Below, one piece after another: positions 43,335 through 43,562 of a stretch of DNA of 43,562 nucleotides (its first letter is position 1; every line of letters begins with the position of its first letter). Position numbers and translations under genes: made by a program. The notes under the pieces were generated by a model, which saw only the letters and a list, made by a program, of their open reading frames with translations, did not search any database and was not told the origin of the DNA. Source of the stretch: Candidatus Limnocylindrales bacterium (GTDB lineage: Bacteria; Chloroflexota; Limnocylindria; Limnocylindrales; CSP1-4); assembly GCA_038253685.1 (NCBI GenBank), contig JBBSGX010000001.1, positions 1-43,562 of the forward strand. The letters run 5' to 3'.

Positions 43335-43562
43335 TCAGGCTCGCACTCCCTGGTCTGCGATATCGAGCGCGCCGTCGATGGCGGCGAACGCCTCTCCGAG
43401 CTGCTCCTCGGTGATCGTCAGCGGCGGGTTGTTGTGGATCGTGTTCCAGCGCACGAGCGTGTATACACCGTTGTCGCGCAGGTGCTTTGCGACGGCCTTC
43501 ATCTCGGGGCTTGTGCCGTTGTAGGGAGTCATCGGCTCGTATGTCCCGCGGTCGCGGACGAG
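43335..43562 (-). CDS. Class-III (omega) aminotransferase-like protein, C-terminal ~75 aa; gene starts beyond the right edge
   Basis: The frame is open to the window edge: LVRDRGTYEPMTPYNGTSPEMKAVAKHLRDNGVYTLVRWNTIHNNPPLTITEEQLGEAFAAIDGALD. The ..PPL.IT.E.. ending is typical of class-III aminotransferases. Only a fragment is present. Confidence 0.5.
   Translation of the reverse strand, partial: LVRDRGTYEPMTPYNGTSPEMKAVAKHLRDNGVYTLVRWNTIHNNPPLTITEEQLGEAFAAIDGALDIADQGVRA

Noticed and set aside
1-43562. A search for CRISPR arrays, insertion-sequence elements, transposases, integrases and prophage genes.
   Set aside because: None were found. All direct repeats seen are either in-frame coding repeats (5677-5816, 32999-33052, 41258-41345) or short regulatory-type repeats (909-935, 12124-12156, 12947-12990).

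Overview
High-GC bacterial chromosomal window with strong GC3 codon bias. The lineage cannot be fixed from sequence alone; a RegX3-like regulator and a luciferase-like (LLM) oxidoreductase suggest an Actinomycetota-like or similar high-GC lineage. I found about 45 protein-coding genes and no rRNA, tRNA, CRISPR array, transposase or integrase.

The core (about 8.2-28 kb) is an unusually large phosphate-homeostasis locus:
- ppk1 is translationally coupled to a CYTH+CHAD gene.
- Next comes an OmpR/PhoB-type regulator with a degenerate (pseudo-)receiver, flanked by 11-nt Pho-box-like direct repeats.
- pstSCAB-phoU follows and continues without real gaps into arsC (low-molecular-weight phosphatase type), sixA, a Cys-rich DUF6062-like gene and an LLM oxidoreductase.
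- Then come a soluble PhoR/SenX3-like kinase, DUF47-pit, and, 6 kb further on, an unpaired RegX3-like response regulator.

Other content:
- An Mrr restriction nuclease with a Zn-ribbon (DUF2321-like) partner.
- An S9 peptidase.
- A two-component pair whose kinase is frameshifted.
- Two tandem paralogous genes of unknown function sharing an upstream DNA motif.
- A bacterial lysyl-oxidase homologue.
- A membrane-anchored J-domain protein with a roughly 400-aa disordered region.
- gltX, asparaginase II and upp.
- An ArsR-SRPBCC pair with a clear promoter and a perfect AT-rich palindrome.
- Three tandem secreted cupredoxin paralogues, two of them broken.
- A NitT/TauT-type ABC transporter.
- A heavily frameshifted beta-helix/RTX-repeat gene.

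All frame disruptions I could find lie in secreted or sensory accessory genes. Housekeeping genes read through cleanly.
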